Positions 1-11,967 of a stretch of DNA of 64,000 nt are shown here, in pieces. The notes below the pieces were generated by a model. It saw only the letters and a list, made by a program, of their open reading frames with translations. It was not told the origin of the DNA and did no database searches. This DNA is from Octopus sinensis (taxonomy: Eukaryota): assembly GCF_006345805.1 (NCBI RefSeq), contig NC_043000.1, positions 23,870,001-23,934,000 of the forward strand, read 5' to 3'. A program made the translations under genes and the position numbers. Position 1 is the stretch's first letter, and each line of letters begins with the position of its first letter.

Positions 1-249
1 AAAACCAAACTGCATCTCATCTACTTTAATTCTATTTCCAATTAACTGAGCTATAATTCTCTCTGTAACTTTCAAGACTTGGCCTAGTAGTTTGATATCT
101 CTGTAGTTGTTTCTATCTAAGGCATCACCTTTAACCCTTGTAGTATCTAACTATAATACTACTACATCAGTCATTGGGGATGGCGCCTTCCTGAATAACC
201 TGATTAACTATATGGGTGACTAGGCTGTATTCTACACTGCTGGATATTT

Positions 250-457
250 TAATCATCTCAGTAGTCATTGTTGATGGTCTGGGGCTTTCCCTGTCTTCAT
301 ATCCTGGATTGCCTTATCTATCATGCTGCTATCAACCCTGATGACTGGTCCTTCAATTGGTTCGATATTTAAAAACCTCTCCTTCTTCCATGCATTTTCT
401 ACATTTAGTAACCTTTCATAGTGACACTTCCATGCCTCTTTCTTCTCTGAGTCACTG
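250..457 (-). mobile_element. RTE-type LINE ORF2 fragment (linker between endonuclease and RT), interrupted by a SINE and resuming at ~712-830
   Basis: ORF 265-495 reads EKKEAWKCHYERLLNVENAW...IEGPVIRVDSSMIDKAIQDMKTGKAP, typical of the RTE ORF2 region preceding RT. Confidence 0.7.
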
Positions 458-471
458 AGTGCATGCGTACC

Positions 472-697
472 TATTTCTATTTCTTTACTACCCACAAGGG
501 GCTAAAAACAGAGGGGACAAACGGATTAAGTCGATTACATCAACCCCAGTGCAAAACTGGTACTTAATTTATCGACCCCGAAAGGATGAAAGGCAAAGTC
601 GACCTTGGTGGAATTTGAACTCAGAACGTAGCGGCAGACGAAATACTGCTAAGCATTTCGCCCGGCATGCTAACGTTTCTGCCAGCTCTCCGCCTTA
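472..697 (-). mobile_element. tRNA-derived SINE, family A (GCGGxGAGCTGGCAGAA head; CCTTTCATCCTTTCGGGGTCGATAAATTAAGTACC core)
   Basis: Matches other copies in the window; flanked by a 14-bp TSD agtgcatgc(g/a)tacc at 458-471 and 698-711 (one mismatch). Confidence 0.85.
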
Positions 698-996
698 AGT
701 GCATGCATACCGTTATCCATTTGCACACATTTCTCATCCACCACATCTCTATTCTCTCTGATACACTGCTTTGCAATCCCGAGCGCCTCATGCTGTAGAA
801 CATTTACAAATCTCTTACGTTCTGCTGTGTAAACCTGATGCTTGAACATAAAATGAAAGCTACATATTAAATATATCTATCTTTGTTACTGTCATTGCAG
901 CCCAGCTTCTAGTGAACCTGACTGTGTTAACACTCAGCCTGAACCACCTCAGCGGTAATTATTCTCTTTTATTTCATGTGTTCCAATAATTCAAAC

Positions 997-1641
997 CAGT
1001 GGTTCTCAACCATTTTGTTACCGATGACTCCTTTGGTTCCCTTTTTTTATTTTATTTAAGTGGACCCTCATAACAATTTGATACTCTCTTTACTATTTTA
1101 CTAGTTTCAGTCATTTGACTACAGCCATGCTGGAGCAACCTTTAGTCGAGCAAATCAACCCCAGGACTTATTCTTTGTAAGCCTAGTACTTATTCTATCG
1201 GTCTCTTTTCTCGAACTGCTAAGTTATGGGGACGTAAACACATCAGCATCGGTTGTCAAGCGATGTTGGGGGACAAACATACACACACATACACACACAC
1301 ACATATGTATACATATATACGATGGGCTTCTTTCAGTTTCTGTCTACCAAATCCACTCACAAGGCTTTGGTTGGCCCGAGGCTATAGTAGAAGACACTTG
1401 CCCAAGGTGCCATGCAGTGGGAGTGAACCCGGAACCATGTGGTTGGTAAGCAAGCTACTTACCACACAGCCACTCCTGCTCCTATATGTTTAAAAACATC
1501 CCATTATATTTTTAGAATTAAATTATTAGGAATTGTAGAAAAAGAAATTAAAATATTTTGTGTATTGTTGAAGTATAAGCAATCTACTGTACATAAATTT
1601 TAATGACAAAATCTTAAATTGAGCTCAGTTGAGAACCACTG
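997..1641. mobile_element. hAT-like MITE containing a nested SINE
   Basis: Terminal inverted repeats CAGTGGTTCTCAAC (997) and GTTGAGAACCACTG (ends 1641); flanking 8-mers attcaaac/agttaaaa match at only 5/8. Confidence 0.6.
1090..1482 (-). mobile_element. tRNA-derived SINE, family B (GGCTGTGTGGTAAG head, CACCTTGGGCAAGTGTCTTCTACTATAGCC core, GAAACAAGTAAAAG tail)
   Basis: Near full-length match to the copies at 9215-9585 and 30382-30752; internal (CA)n tract. Confidence 0.85.
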
Positions 1642-1749
1642 AGTTAAAATTTAGGGAAATTTAGGATTCAGGTTGGGAGAAACACCTATTACTTATCAAA
1701 CAACTTCTTCCTTCTTGGGATAAATACAGCAGTGATTTCCCATCGTTTT

Positions 1750-2010
1750 CATCATCATCATCATCATCATCGTTTAACGTCCGTTTTCCATGCTAGCATC
1801 GGTTGGATGGTTTGACTGGGGTCTGGGAAGCCAGGAGGCTGCACCAAGCTCCAGTCTGATCTGGCAGTGTTTCTACAGCTGGATGCCTTTCCTAACGCCA
1901 ACCACTCCGTGAGTGTAGTGGGTGCTTTTTACGTACCACTGGCACAGGTGCCAGGGGAGGCTGGCAACGGCCATGATTGGTTGGTGCTTTTTACGTGCCA
2001 CCGGTACAGG
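1750..2010 (-). mobile_element. RTE LINE 3' tail (non-coding, ends in (GAT)n)
   Basis: catcatcatcgtttaacgtccgttttccatgctagc...ctggatgcc(t/c)ttcctaacgccaaccactcc; the same tail follows the RT remnant at 14920-16330. More than 20 copies occur in the window. Confidence 0.8.
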
Positions 2011-2415
2011 TGCAAGTTAGTTTAATCAACAGAAGTCTCCAGCTGGTTTCCCACTCTCCTGAGCTTATCCCCGAGGGAATAAGGTCTATTTAATTTGAAG
2101 GCAGAGAATTGGTTTGTGTTACATCAGGGCATATCTGCACTCTGGTGGTCCTGTGGAGTATATGCCTAGGGGCCTGTCCATCTCCAAATCCTCTGCACTT
2201 TAGCCATAGAAGAGAGCCATCTTCTGCTATCAGTCTCATCACTGAGGCCCTTCACAAGTCATATAACCCTGGCCTGGGAATAGTGGTATCTAAGGGGTAA
2301 CTCCACAGTCCCCAAAATTCCTGAATTCCCAAGCTGGAGCCTCACCACCTCATGACTTGCCCAGGACAATTTCTTTGTTTATGTTTTTGAAATATTGTGA
2401 TCTCTCCCTTTGCAG

Positions 2416-2522
2416 ATTGCCATCACCACAACAATCACCACGGAAATCAAGTTTATCCAAAGTCAGTCGGAAACGTAAAAGAAAAGAAGATTCAGCAGGG
2501 TCAGACATTGGACAGTATCACC
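2416..2522 (+). CDS. LIN37: LIN37 (DREAM/MuvB subunit) internal coding exon
   Basis: tttgcag acceptor, gtaagt donor; encodes LPSPQQSPRKSSLSKVSRKRKRKEDSAGSDIGQYH; 107 nt, phase joins the next exon (C+AT=His). Confidence 0.8.
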
Positions 2523-2567
2523 GTAAGTTTTGATGCTCGAATTTTACATTCACCGAATAAATGGCAG

Positions 2568-2599
2568 CTGTAGTAGTAGTAGTGGTGGTGGTGGTGGTG

Positions 2600-2634
<35 letters not shown>

Positions 2635-2690
2635 GTAGTAGTAGTAGTAGTACTACTACTACTACTACTATCACCACCAGTACCACCACT
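2568..2690. repeat. Compound (GTA)n/(GTG)n/(TAC)n/(CAC)n microsatellite with a perfect 34-bp palindrome at 2635-2668
   Basis: Read directly; accounts for the low-complexity ORFs at 2501-2736. Confidence 0.95.
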
Positions 2691-3060
2691 GTGCATTGCA
2701 TGGTTACTCAAATTGCTAGAAATAACAGTCAAATAGCTCCTTCAAATCGTACCCTGCTATCATAAAAAAGAAGGTTATGTTGGACAGTATTTTAGTCCTT
2801 GATATACAAACAGGACAGAATGGTTGCTCAGTCATAGCTGACCTTAGGTTAAACAACAATATTGTATTCCATTTTCAAGAGTTCCTTACATGAAAATTGT
2901 CCTGCTCTGATGTCACGTGATAGTTGTAAATGAGTATCATTGTTTAGCATGCACTTCATGAATTATTATTGGTTTGGCAGACATCAGCAAATAATTTGCA
3001 GATTTCTATAAACAAGAGTCCTGGCCAGGACTCTTAAGATTCATTGGTCTAATGAGTTAG

Positions 3061-3111
3061 CTCTGACTGAAGAGACACAAAATAAGGTCAAAATACCTTG
3101 GTGACTCAGAG
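3061..3111 (+). ncRNA. Decayed type I hammerhead-like motif
   Basis: Stem I CTCTGA/TCAGAG, CTGAAGA, stem II GAC/GTC, AAAA (expected GAAA), stem III TACC/GGTG, AC (expected TC). Confidence 0.45.
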
Positions 3112-3744
3112 TCCCCTTATGTCAATGAATCACATGCTATGAACAGATTTGTCTAAAAGGAGATGTTCTCTGATGACGAAACACAACAGCAATCAGCATA
3201 TTCATATTTGAATCTACCAAAGGGTGTTTTACAATAATTAAATATGATATCAATGTAGAAAATTTTTTATTAAAAAAAATTAAAATAATAGAATTGATTT
3301 TGGCAAAATATTGATTTGTTATCCACTACTTCAACTATTCACCCCCTATGGTAGTTTAACCTAGTAGTTAGGGCTGTTTGGCTCATAATCGTAACATCAT
3401 AGCTTCAGTTCCAGGACCAGGTGATGTGTTGTATCCTTGAGCAAGACTCTTCATTTCATGTTACACCAGTCTACTCAGCTAAGTGTTGGTACAGCCTTCT
3501 CTCCCTCCATTTGTCATACCCTGGATTTTCCATTAGGGAGTTAAGAAGGTCTCTGTGTTTGCTCACAACTATGTAGGCACCCTAAAACAGTGAAAGCATG
3601 GTACATGTTATCAATCCATTCTCGCTCACAAATGAGCGATGACTGTACTTTATATATGTCAAAATAAACCTGATTCTATGTTTTTATATAAACTGTGTGT
3701 GTTTTCCTATGTTAATCTTCTGTTTATTCATTTATTGCCTTCAG

Positions 3745-3914
3745 ATACTCATGTGATGAAATTATTTGATCGGAGTGTAGACCTGGCTCAATTCAATGAA
3801 AATACACCTCTCTATCCGATTTGCCGTTCTTGGATTAAAAATCAACCTCACAACAACCTAAATAACCAAAATCGCTCTTCTAGTCCTGAGTCAGATGCAC
3901 AAACTGATGAAGAT
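3745..3914 (+). CDS. LIN37: LIN37 coding exon (conserved LIN37 domain)
   Basis: ccttcag/gtaatt; encodes [32 protein letters not shown], matching the LIN37 hallmark [24 protein letters not shown]. Confidence 0.95.
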
Positions 3915-5859
3915 GTAATTGTATATTATGTTATTAACTTGCTTTCTACTAATTTCTTTCTTATGACTGGAAAGTTGGTTGGTTACTTTTTGTGCAAGTA
4001 GACACCAGTATGAGTGGGTATTAATGCATTACTGGTACAGTAACAGGGTTATCTTTCAAGATTTTACTCTCCTACAGAATATAGTAGCTGGGCTTTTTCC
4101 TTTTAGCCAACACTGTCTACAATTCTATTGTATATAAAGTGTTTAGTGCTTACATTTGTAAATACATACATTGTTACCTAAAAGTCTATAGATATCTTCT
4201 GCAGTACAGTGTACACTAAAACAAAACAAGGCATTGGTCGGCCTGGGGCTTTAGTAGAAGACACTTGCCCATAGTTGCAAAGTGAGCTTATTAACCTCAC
4301 AGGTCATGCCTATGCCTATATATATATATATATATATCATCATCATCATCGTTTAACGTCCATTTTCCATGCTGGCATGGGTTGGACGGTTTGCCTGGGG
4401 ACTGGCAAGCCAGTAGGCTGCACTAGGCTCCAATCTGATCTGGTAATGTTTCTCCAGCTGGATGCCCTTCCTAATGCCAACCACTCCGAGAGTGTAGTGG
4501 GTGCTCATTACGTGTCACCGGTACGGGAGCCAGTCAGGCGGCACTGGCATCGGCCACATTTCGGATGGTGCTTTTTATGTGCCACCAGCACAGGGAGCCA
4601 GTCAGATGACACTGGCAATGACCCATGCATGAATGGTGCTTTCTGCGTGCCACCAGCACAGGAGCCAGTCAGGTGGCACTGACATCAGCCAATCATCATT
4701 TAATATTCGTTACCTATGCTGGCATGGGTTGGACAGTTTGACTAAGGCTGGCAAACTGGAAGGCTGTACCAGACTCTACTCTGATTTAGCATGGTTTCTA
4801 CGATTGGATGCCCTGCTTAATGCCAACCACTCTGAGAGTGTAATGGGTGCTTTCACATGCCACTGGCACAGGTACCAGTCACCTGACTATGATTTCACTT
4901 GGCTTGATGGGTCTTCTTCTCAAGTGCATATGTATGTATGTATGCACGCATGCATAGATATATGTGTGTATGTGAATACATTTATGTAATTGTATATCTC
5001 TGGGTGTGATTTCTCACCCTCAAGCCATATTACATTATTTATACATACGGTTCTGAATGTAACCAACTTTATATATTTAAATGCTTTCTGAAATAAACAT
5101 ACACTTTATCTTAACACATAAAGCACGACTGGCCATGATTGTGGCTGTCAGGCACAGGTCGACAGGCCACAATCGTGGCCCAGGTAGATGCATTTAATTT
5201 ATGGGCGTTTGTTGGGGTCTAATGTCACTCAAACTCTCCAATACCCCTCAGAATGCAAGAGGAATAATAGTTCAACTAATGACTTTTCAGATGATGTAAA
5301 ACTTGCACCCATTATATAATAAGAAGATATTTTAACTATTTTTTTGTTTTTTATGTGTGCATGGTAGTCCCATTTTCATAAAATGTGCTCAGCAGTCCAT
5401 GCTATGTCAGTGCAAATCGCAGCACTTAACTCCTTTTCTTTTGTAATTTATTAATTGATATATACTAATCAAATAAAATGAACCAATTAAATGCCTTATA
5501 GAGTATTTTAGTTGCTACTTTGATATTTTTGCAAAAATTCCATTTCTGGTAGAAGTTAAAATACTATCGAGTAAAAGAGTTCTTCAGACTGAATTCCATC
5601 TGTGTTTCAGTTACAAAATTTGCTTAGTATGGGAAGATGTAGAGCATCTGAATGCACACACGTGTCCTCCTTGTGCAATCAAAATCTGTACAGCAATTTA
5701 TATAAATCCTGTGGTTTTCGTTTGAATTCTTGCTGAAGTAAACCTGGGTCAACTTTTGCTAAGTACAAGAGAGTCTATAAACACTGTAATGTTTTGTAAT
5801 ATATCTTTAGGTATCTCTTCGATTGAAACATTTCTTTTAATTTTTCCTTTTCTTTTCAG

Positions 5860-5982
5860 ACTGTAAATAAAGATGGCAATATATACCACTTACCATCTCC
5901 AATAAAAAGAGAAGATCAATATGTTGATTTACGGATTCCTTCTCCCATTCCTCAAGCTTCAGGTAGACTAGATATTTATGCT
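5860..5982 (+). CDS. LIN37: LIN37 coding exon
   Basis: ttttcag/gtaagt, 123 nt, phase 0-0; TVNKDGNIYHLPSPIKREDQYVDLRIPSPIPQASGRLDIYA (Y.LP.P and RIPSP motifs). Confidence 0.88.
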
Positions 5983-6079
5983 GTAAGTTTAATTTCAATG
6001 ATTTCACAATCTTTCTATTTACAGTACTTATTATTATTATTATTTACACCTGTTCTTGTTTGGATGGTAATATAAAGAG

Positions 6080-6350
6080 GGGCCTCACAAAGACAAAGTG
6101 ACTGGGTTCCTCTCGAGTGTTGGGCCTGAAGGAGGCAAAGTGGATGAGTCCCTTTTGAGTGTTGGGCCTCACGGAGACAAGGTGGCTGAGTTCCTTTCAA
6201 ATATTGGGCCTCATGGAGGCAAAGTGGCTGAGTTCCTCTCAAGAGTTGGGCCTGGCAGAGGCAAAGTGGCTGAGTTCCGCTTAAGCATTGGATCTGACCA
6301 AGGCAAAATGGCTGAGTCCCTTTCGAGTTTTGGGCCTCATGGAGGCAATG
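6080..6350 (+). repeat. 42-bp tandem repeat (~6.5 units) inside an RTE 3' UTR
   Basis: gggcc recurs at 6080, 6122, 6164, 6206, 6248, (6290), 6332. Confidence 0.85.
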
Positions 6351-6619
6351 ACCAAGACATTTGGCATTATGTTGTGCTTGAGAAGAAGACCATCAAGCTG
6401 AGCAAAATCACAGTCGTGGCAGACACTGGTGTCACACAAATTGGCACCCATGCCAGTGACATGTAAATGCACCCGAGCATCACGTAAATGGCACCTGTGC
6501 CAATGGCATGTAAAAGTACCCATTAAACTCTTGGAGTGGTTGGTGTTAGGAGGGGCATCCTGCCATAGAAACCATGCTAAATCAGGCTGGAATCTAGTGC
6601 AGCCTTCCAGACCATACAA

Positions 6620-7720
6620 GTGCAGTTGTCTCTATTGCACACAACATCTGATGCTTCTTATGTCCAACTTTTTTCTCAGGGCTCTTACATTCTGTCATGT
6701 TTGCACACTGACATTACACATCCAGCAGATCATACTAGCCTCATTTCTTTCAAGCCTACGCATATCTTCAGTAGTCACTGCCATCTAGCATGGCAGCTTG
6801 CACACATGCATCATACAATCTACCTTTCACTCTGAGCGAGAGGCCCTGTCACCAGTAGAGGTAGAAGCTTTCTGAACTTTGCCCAGGCTATTCTTATTCT
6901 AGTGGCAACACTCTCTGAGCATCCCCACCCCCCACTACAGACTTGGTCACCTAAGTAGCAGAAGCTATCAACCACCTCTAGTTTCTTCCCCTGGCATGTG
7001 ATGGAATCAGTTTTCTGAGCATCTGCAGTGTTTATTGCCCCTGTGCATCTGCCGCACACAAAAGCTATCTTCCCAGTTAACCTTCCTTTGATGTTGCTGC
7101 ACCTCTTATGCGTCCATAGCTTACACTGGGTACATCTTATGGAGTTTCTTCCTACTTACTAGGGCTTTGGTTTTTGCAACATTGACTCTAAGGCCCTTCA
7201 ATTCTAAACCTTGTTTCCACACATGAAATTTCTTCTTAAGTTCTGGTAGTGCTTCTGCTATGAGAGCAAGGTCATCAGCATAGAGGAGCCCCCAGGGGCA
7301 GCCTGTCTTGAATTCCTCTGTTATTGCCTGGAGGACTATGATGAATAAGAGGGTGTTGAGGGCTGATCCTTGGTGAACCACTACTTCTACCTGGAATTCT
7401 TCGCTATACTCATTGCTGACCCGTACCTTACTAACGACATCCTTGTACAGCTCTTATTAACCACTTGTTAATCCCCAGTTTCTGCATTGCCCACCAGATA
7501 AGGGTTTAAGGGATCCTGTCAAAGGCTTTCTCCAAGTCAACAAAAGCCAAGTATAGGAGTTTATCTTTGGCTAGGTATTTCTCCTGCAGTTGCCATACCA
7601 AGAATATAGCATCAGTGGTGCTTCTACCTGGCACAAAACAGAACTTTATCTCATCTAAGCAGACTCCCTCCCTAATTAGTTGGGCTATGGCCCTCTCCAT
7701 CGCGCTCAGATAGAGCTTTT
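6620..7720 (-). mobile_element. RTE-type LINE reverse transcriptase remnant (frameshifted, internally deleted)
   Basis: ORF pieces FVPGRSTTDAIF...AFVDLEKAFDRIP, HQGSALNTLLFIIVL...PWGLLYADDL, VDSFCYLGDQ...RIRIAWAKFR. Confidence 0.92.
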
Positions 7721-7875
7721 TACGTACCACTGGCATGGGAGCCATTTGGAGCACAGATGATCCTAAAGTTTAAAAGATCCGAGATGAAAAAACTAAGATC
7801 CAAATAGGGAATGTTGTTCCTTAGATGTTAAATTCTGTAACCATTGGTTTATATTTAAAGCTGTTTCATTTGTAG

Positions 7876-7949
7876 GATCCTGACAAAGCTCCATCTCAAG
7901 ACGATCTTTTATTAAATCACATGACTCGTTGGAAGCGTATTCGACACAA
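7876..7949 (+). CDS. LIN37: LIN37 coding exon
   Basis: tttgtag/gtaagt; DPDKAPSQDDLLLNHMTRWKRIRH matches the LIN37 C-terminal NM.RWKRIR motif; ends phase 2. Confidence 0.92.
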
Positions 7950-9214
7950 GTAAGTTCAGACTTATCATGAATATTGAAATGATATGGTGTTGAGTTCTAT
8001 ATGAGACTGATTCACTTTAAATTTATATTGGTTTGGGGTTCAATTCCTCTGCACAGCATCTCGAACAAGTGTTTTCTATGATAGCCTCAGGTTGATCAAA
8101 GCCTTGTAGGTGAAGCCAGAAGCTGTAGAAACCCATTGTTTCTGTTCTTGAGTGGTGAGATCTAATCTACTGCCCAATTTAAAACCCCTGCCTGGCCTTT
8201 GGGTGCCTTTAGCTGAACAACCATTCAAGCAGTCATTGATTTCTGGTGTTACTCCATCATTATTTACATTTAAGCTGAAAAGAGCAATGTCCAGCGCCTA
8301 TGTGCTTTGTATGTGCCTTTATCTATTTATATATTGTTTTCAAATTTTGGCATAAGGCCAGCAATTTCAGAGGAGGGAGTAAGTCGATTACATTGGCCCT
8401 AGCACTCAACTGGTACTTATTTTATTGAACCCAAAGGATAAAAGCCAAAGCTGACTACTGCAGAATTTGAACTCAGAATGTAAAGACGGGCAAAATGCCA
8501 CAAAGCATTTTGCCTGGTATGCTAACAATTCTGCCAGCTTGCCACTTTTATCTGTTTACATATTGCCCAACCATTAGGGTTACAATGTTAATAAGAGTAA
8601 CCAGTTTGTGGAAAGTGTTAAAGAAAGCTTGTAACTCTAACATTGCAGTCAGAAATACAGCATTTGGAAAAAGGTGAAAGCTAGGCCTTTATTGCAACAA
8701 AGTAAAGTGAGAACACAGCCGTAGCCTATACCAGTGTCGCATAACCAGCCCATTTAAAAGTACCCTTGAATCATCGGGCGATAAGTTGTGCTTGAGAAGA
8801 CCTATTGAGTCAAGTAAAATCAAAATCAAAATAAGATCGAAATCAAAATGGAAATTATAGTTGTGGCTGATGCCAGTGTTGCCTGACTGGCACCCGTGCT
8901 GGTGGCATATAAAAAGCACCATCCAAATGTGGTCAGTGCCAGTCCCCCCTCTCGGACTGGCTCCTGTGCTGGTGGCACGTAAAAAGCATCATCTGAATGT
9001 TGTCAATGCCAGTGGCACGTAAAAAGCGCCCACTACACTCTCAGAGTGATTGGCATTAGGAAGGGCATCTAGCTGTAGAAACCTTTGCAGATCAGATTGG
9101 GGCCTGGCACAGCCTACTGGGTTGCCAGTCCCCAGTCAAACTGTCCAACCTATACCAGCATGGAAAACGGATGTTAAACAATGATGATGATTTTGTAGAA
9201 AATTTATAACATAA

Positions 9215-9585
9215 AGACTGCGGCCATGCTGAAGCACCGCCTTTAGTTGAGCAAATTGACCTCAGGACTTATTCTTTGTAAGCCCAGTACTTATTCTATC
9301 GGTCTCTTTTGCCGAACCGCTAAGTGACGGGGACATAACCACACCAACATCGGTTGTCAAGCAATGATGGGGGACAAACACAGACACACATGCATATGTG
9401 TATATATATATACATATATATGACGGGCTTCTTTCAGGTTCCGTCTACCAAATCCACTCAACGAGGCTTTGGTTGGCCCGAAGCTACAGTAGAAAACACT
9501 TGCCCAAGGTGCCACACAGTGGGACTGAACCCAGAACCATGTGGTTGGTAAGCAAGCTACATACCACACAGCCACAACTGCGCCT
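9215..9585 (-). mobile_element. tRNA-derived SINE family B
   Basis: Full-length match to family B with an internal (TA)n tract. Confidence 0.85.
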
Positions 9586-10433
9586 GTTAGTGCACTGTGT
9601 GTGTGAGAGAGAAGAGAGAGGAAGTGGGGATCATGAAGAATCACAAGTGATAAAACATTGTAATCAGTCCAGTCTGTGGCAACATGAAAAAAGGACGTAT
9701 GCTGGTGATGATGATATTTATCAACCTTGTTGTACCTTTAATTCAAAAGCTACAATCTTGTCACTATGCTGCACAGATTCTACCTGAGAATTATATTAAA
9801 GGTACATGTGTTTGGAATACTCAGCTGCTTACGTATTAATTCAGGAGCTGATTATTCAGTTGAAGTACTGAAAAAGGATTTCAGGAAGCTGAACCTATCA
9901 GGTGAGATGACAAAGGACCGAGATACCTGGCACCTGGCCATACACAAGAAGACCTGTATCCTGCAGCAAAACTATTAAGACTGATCCTTCTGGTTGTGTA
10001 AAGCACTCCTGGTGGTGCCATGTAAAAGTGCCCCTATGGCACCATGTAAAAGCGCCCTAGTGGCAACACATAAATGCGCCAGTGTGATGCCATGTAAAAG
10101 CATCCAGCACACTCTGTAAAGTGGTTGGCATTAGGAAGGGCATCCAGCTGTAGAAACCCAGCCAAAACAGACTGGTGTCTGGTGCTGCCCCATGACTTGC
10201 CAGCTGTGGTCACACTGTCCAACTCATGCCAGCATGGACAATGGACATTAAATGATGATGCTGAAACAGCTGAATCCTCCTCATCATACAACTGAGATCC
10301 ACCTCCGTGTTAATATTGTATGTGTCTTTTTTTTTTTTCATTAGTTTATTTATGATTATTTAATGAACTTCTGCTAATTGTTTTTATTATTTTGTGGCCA
10401 TCAAGTAATTGTTCTGCTTCAATTTCTACACAG

Positions 10434-10530
10434 ATGGAAAGAATCATCCCGCCGAAACGAAATGCAATATGCTCGGAGTTTGAATATGTTGAAAGATATG
10501 TTTGATAGACATCTTTGTAAGGAGTCATGA
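10434..10530 (+). CDS. LIN37: LIN37 final coding exon
   Basis: ctacacag acceptor; (K)WKESSRRNEMQYARSLNMLKDMFDRHLCKES then TGA at 10528-10530; similar to the LIN37 C-terminus WKEAS.RNQLRY. Confidence 0.92.
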
Positions 10531-11967
10531 TATCAAAATGGAAAATAATTCTTATTTAGAATTATATCTGTAAAAAAAAAATTAAAATTTTATATTTTTT
10601 TCTTTTCTTTATCAGAAACAGAATCAATGAATTTCATTGCATAATTTAAATGAATATTAACAGAGGCATCATTTGAAATTTATTGTCTAAAGTGGGTAGA
10701 ACTCATCAGGTAACCTTTTTTGATGAGTGACCAAGGAAATTGTGATCAAACAAGTAAAAAGCAGATAAACTTGTTGGGACAAAACCTTCTCCAAATATAC
10801 TTGGCTTCAACTTCTATAAAACAAGAGTTTATGTTTGTCCTTTATATTTTTTTATAATCTGCTGTTATAAAACAGAAATTGTTCTTTAAACTCCTCTTGT
10901 AAAATGTCAAAACATTTTATGACTGAAGAAAAAAGGTATTCATATTTCAGTGTTCTCTTATCAATCATTTGATAATAAGATGACTATGAAGATGACGAAT
11001 TCAGTCAAATCTGGAGCAGAAGACTTCACAAGAATCGATTCATTATGTCGCTGTTCAGGGTTTGATTTTATGCAGTCAACTTTGTCTTTAATACATCAAA
11101 AAAAGAGATAATACTACTTGTATACTGGGGTTGATTTAAAGGTGTCCCACTTCTGCTAAAACTGGCCTTGTGCTTAGTAAGAAAAAAATTAAAATCTGAT
11201 TATGGAAGCGAATTTAATGTGCCACAAAATATGTTTTAATGACTCGAGTGATTATCAGCTTGTCTGTAAATGACAATTTATCATGGTCTAATGATTTGAA
11301 GAAGACAAGTTGTTAGATTTTTGCTATATCTTTAAAATGCATGCTTTCTATCTAAATATTGTCAACAATAAAAAAAAACGAAAACAAAGATCTATGGTTA
11401 AGTTGATTACTTATTTGGAAGCAATCAGTAACGGGTAGAAACAAAGCTTCTGGTAAGCTGAATCTGTGCCCAGGTCTTGATACCCAATTCTAGCTGTTTT
11501 TCTTTTGCTGTTACGAAAGAAAAGGTAACATTTAAAATACATTTCTGACCAATCTGAAACAATGGAGATGATCATTCATTGACTGGTATTCTCTGATTGC
11601 AAAGAGTAAAGCAATGAGTTCTGTTTGTCAGTGAGATTAATAAAAAAAAAATATTGATTATCTTACAATGTTGTAACTTAAATAGTTACATGTGAACAAG
11701 ATCACTCATGCAGCACTATTAGTTTGGATATGGATGAATAGAGATAGACTTCCAGATTGTCTCTAGTATTTTATTTTGTTTCAATATCTCAGTCAATCTA
11801 TTATTTTTATCTTTATCATCAATATGTACCAATATTACATATATTCGTAACTTTACTTATTTCCATTATGTTAATGCTGTGTCCATTGCCCATTTTTTAA
11901 AGTTTCTCATATAAATCTTTATATGATTCAGTTATTTTTTGTGTGTGTATACGTGTGTCTACACAAA

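Noticed and set aside
2501-2736. Poly-His/Tyr/Ser/Gly ORFs
   Set aside because: They are translations of a triplet microsatellite inside a LIN37 intron.
4275-4989. 100-160 aa ORFs containing FLQLDALPNANHSES (also at 32185, 37567, 44821, 55590, 57834)
   Set aside because: They are recurrent translations of the non-coding RTE 3' tail, not a gene family.
5963-5968. Alternative LIN37 donor AG|GTAGAC
   Set aside because: It leaves phase 1, incompatible with the phase-0 exon at 7876; the GTAAGT donor at 5983 restores the frame.
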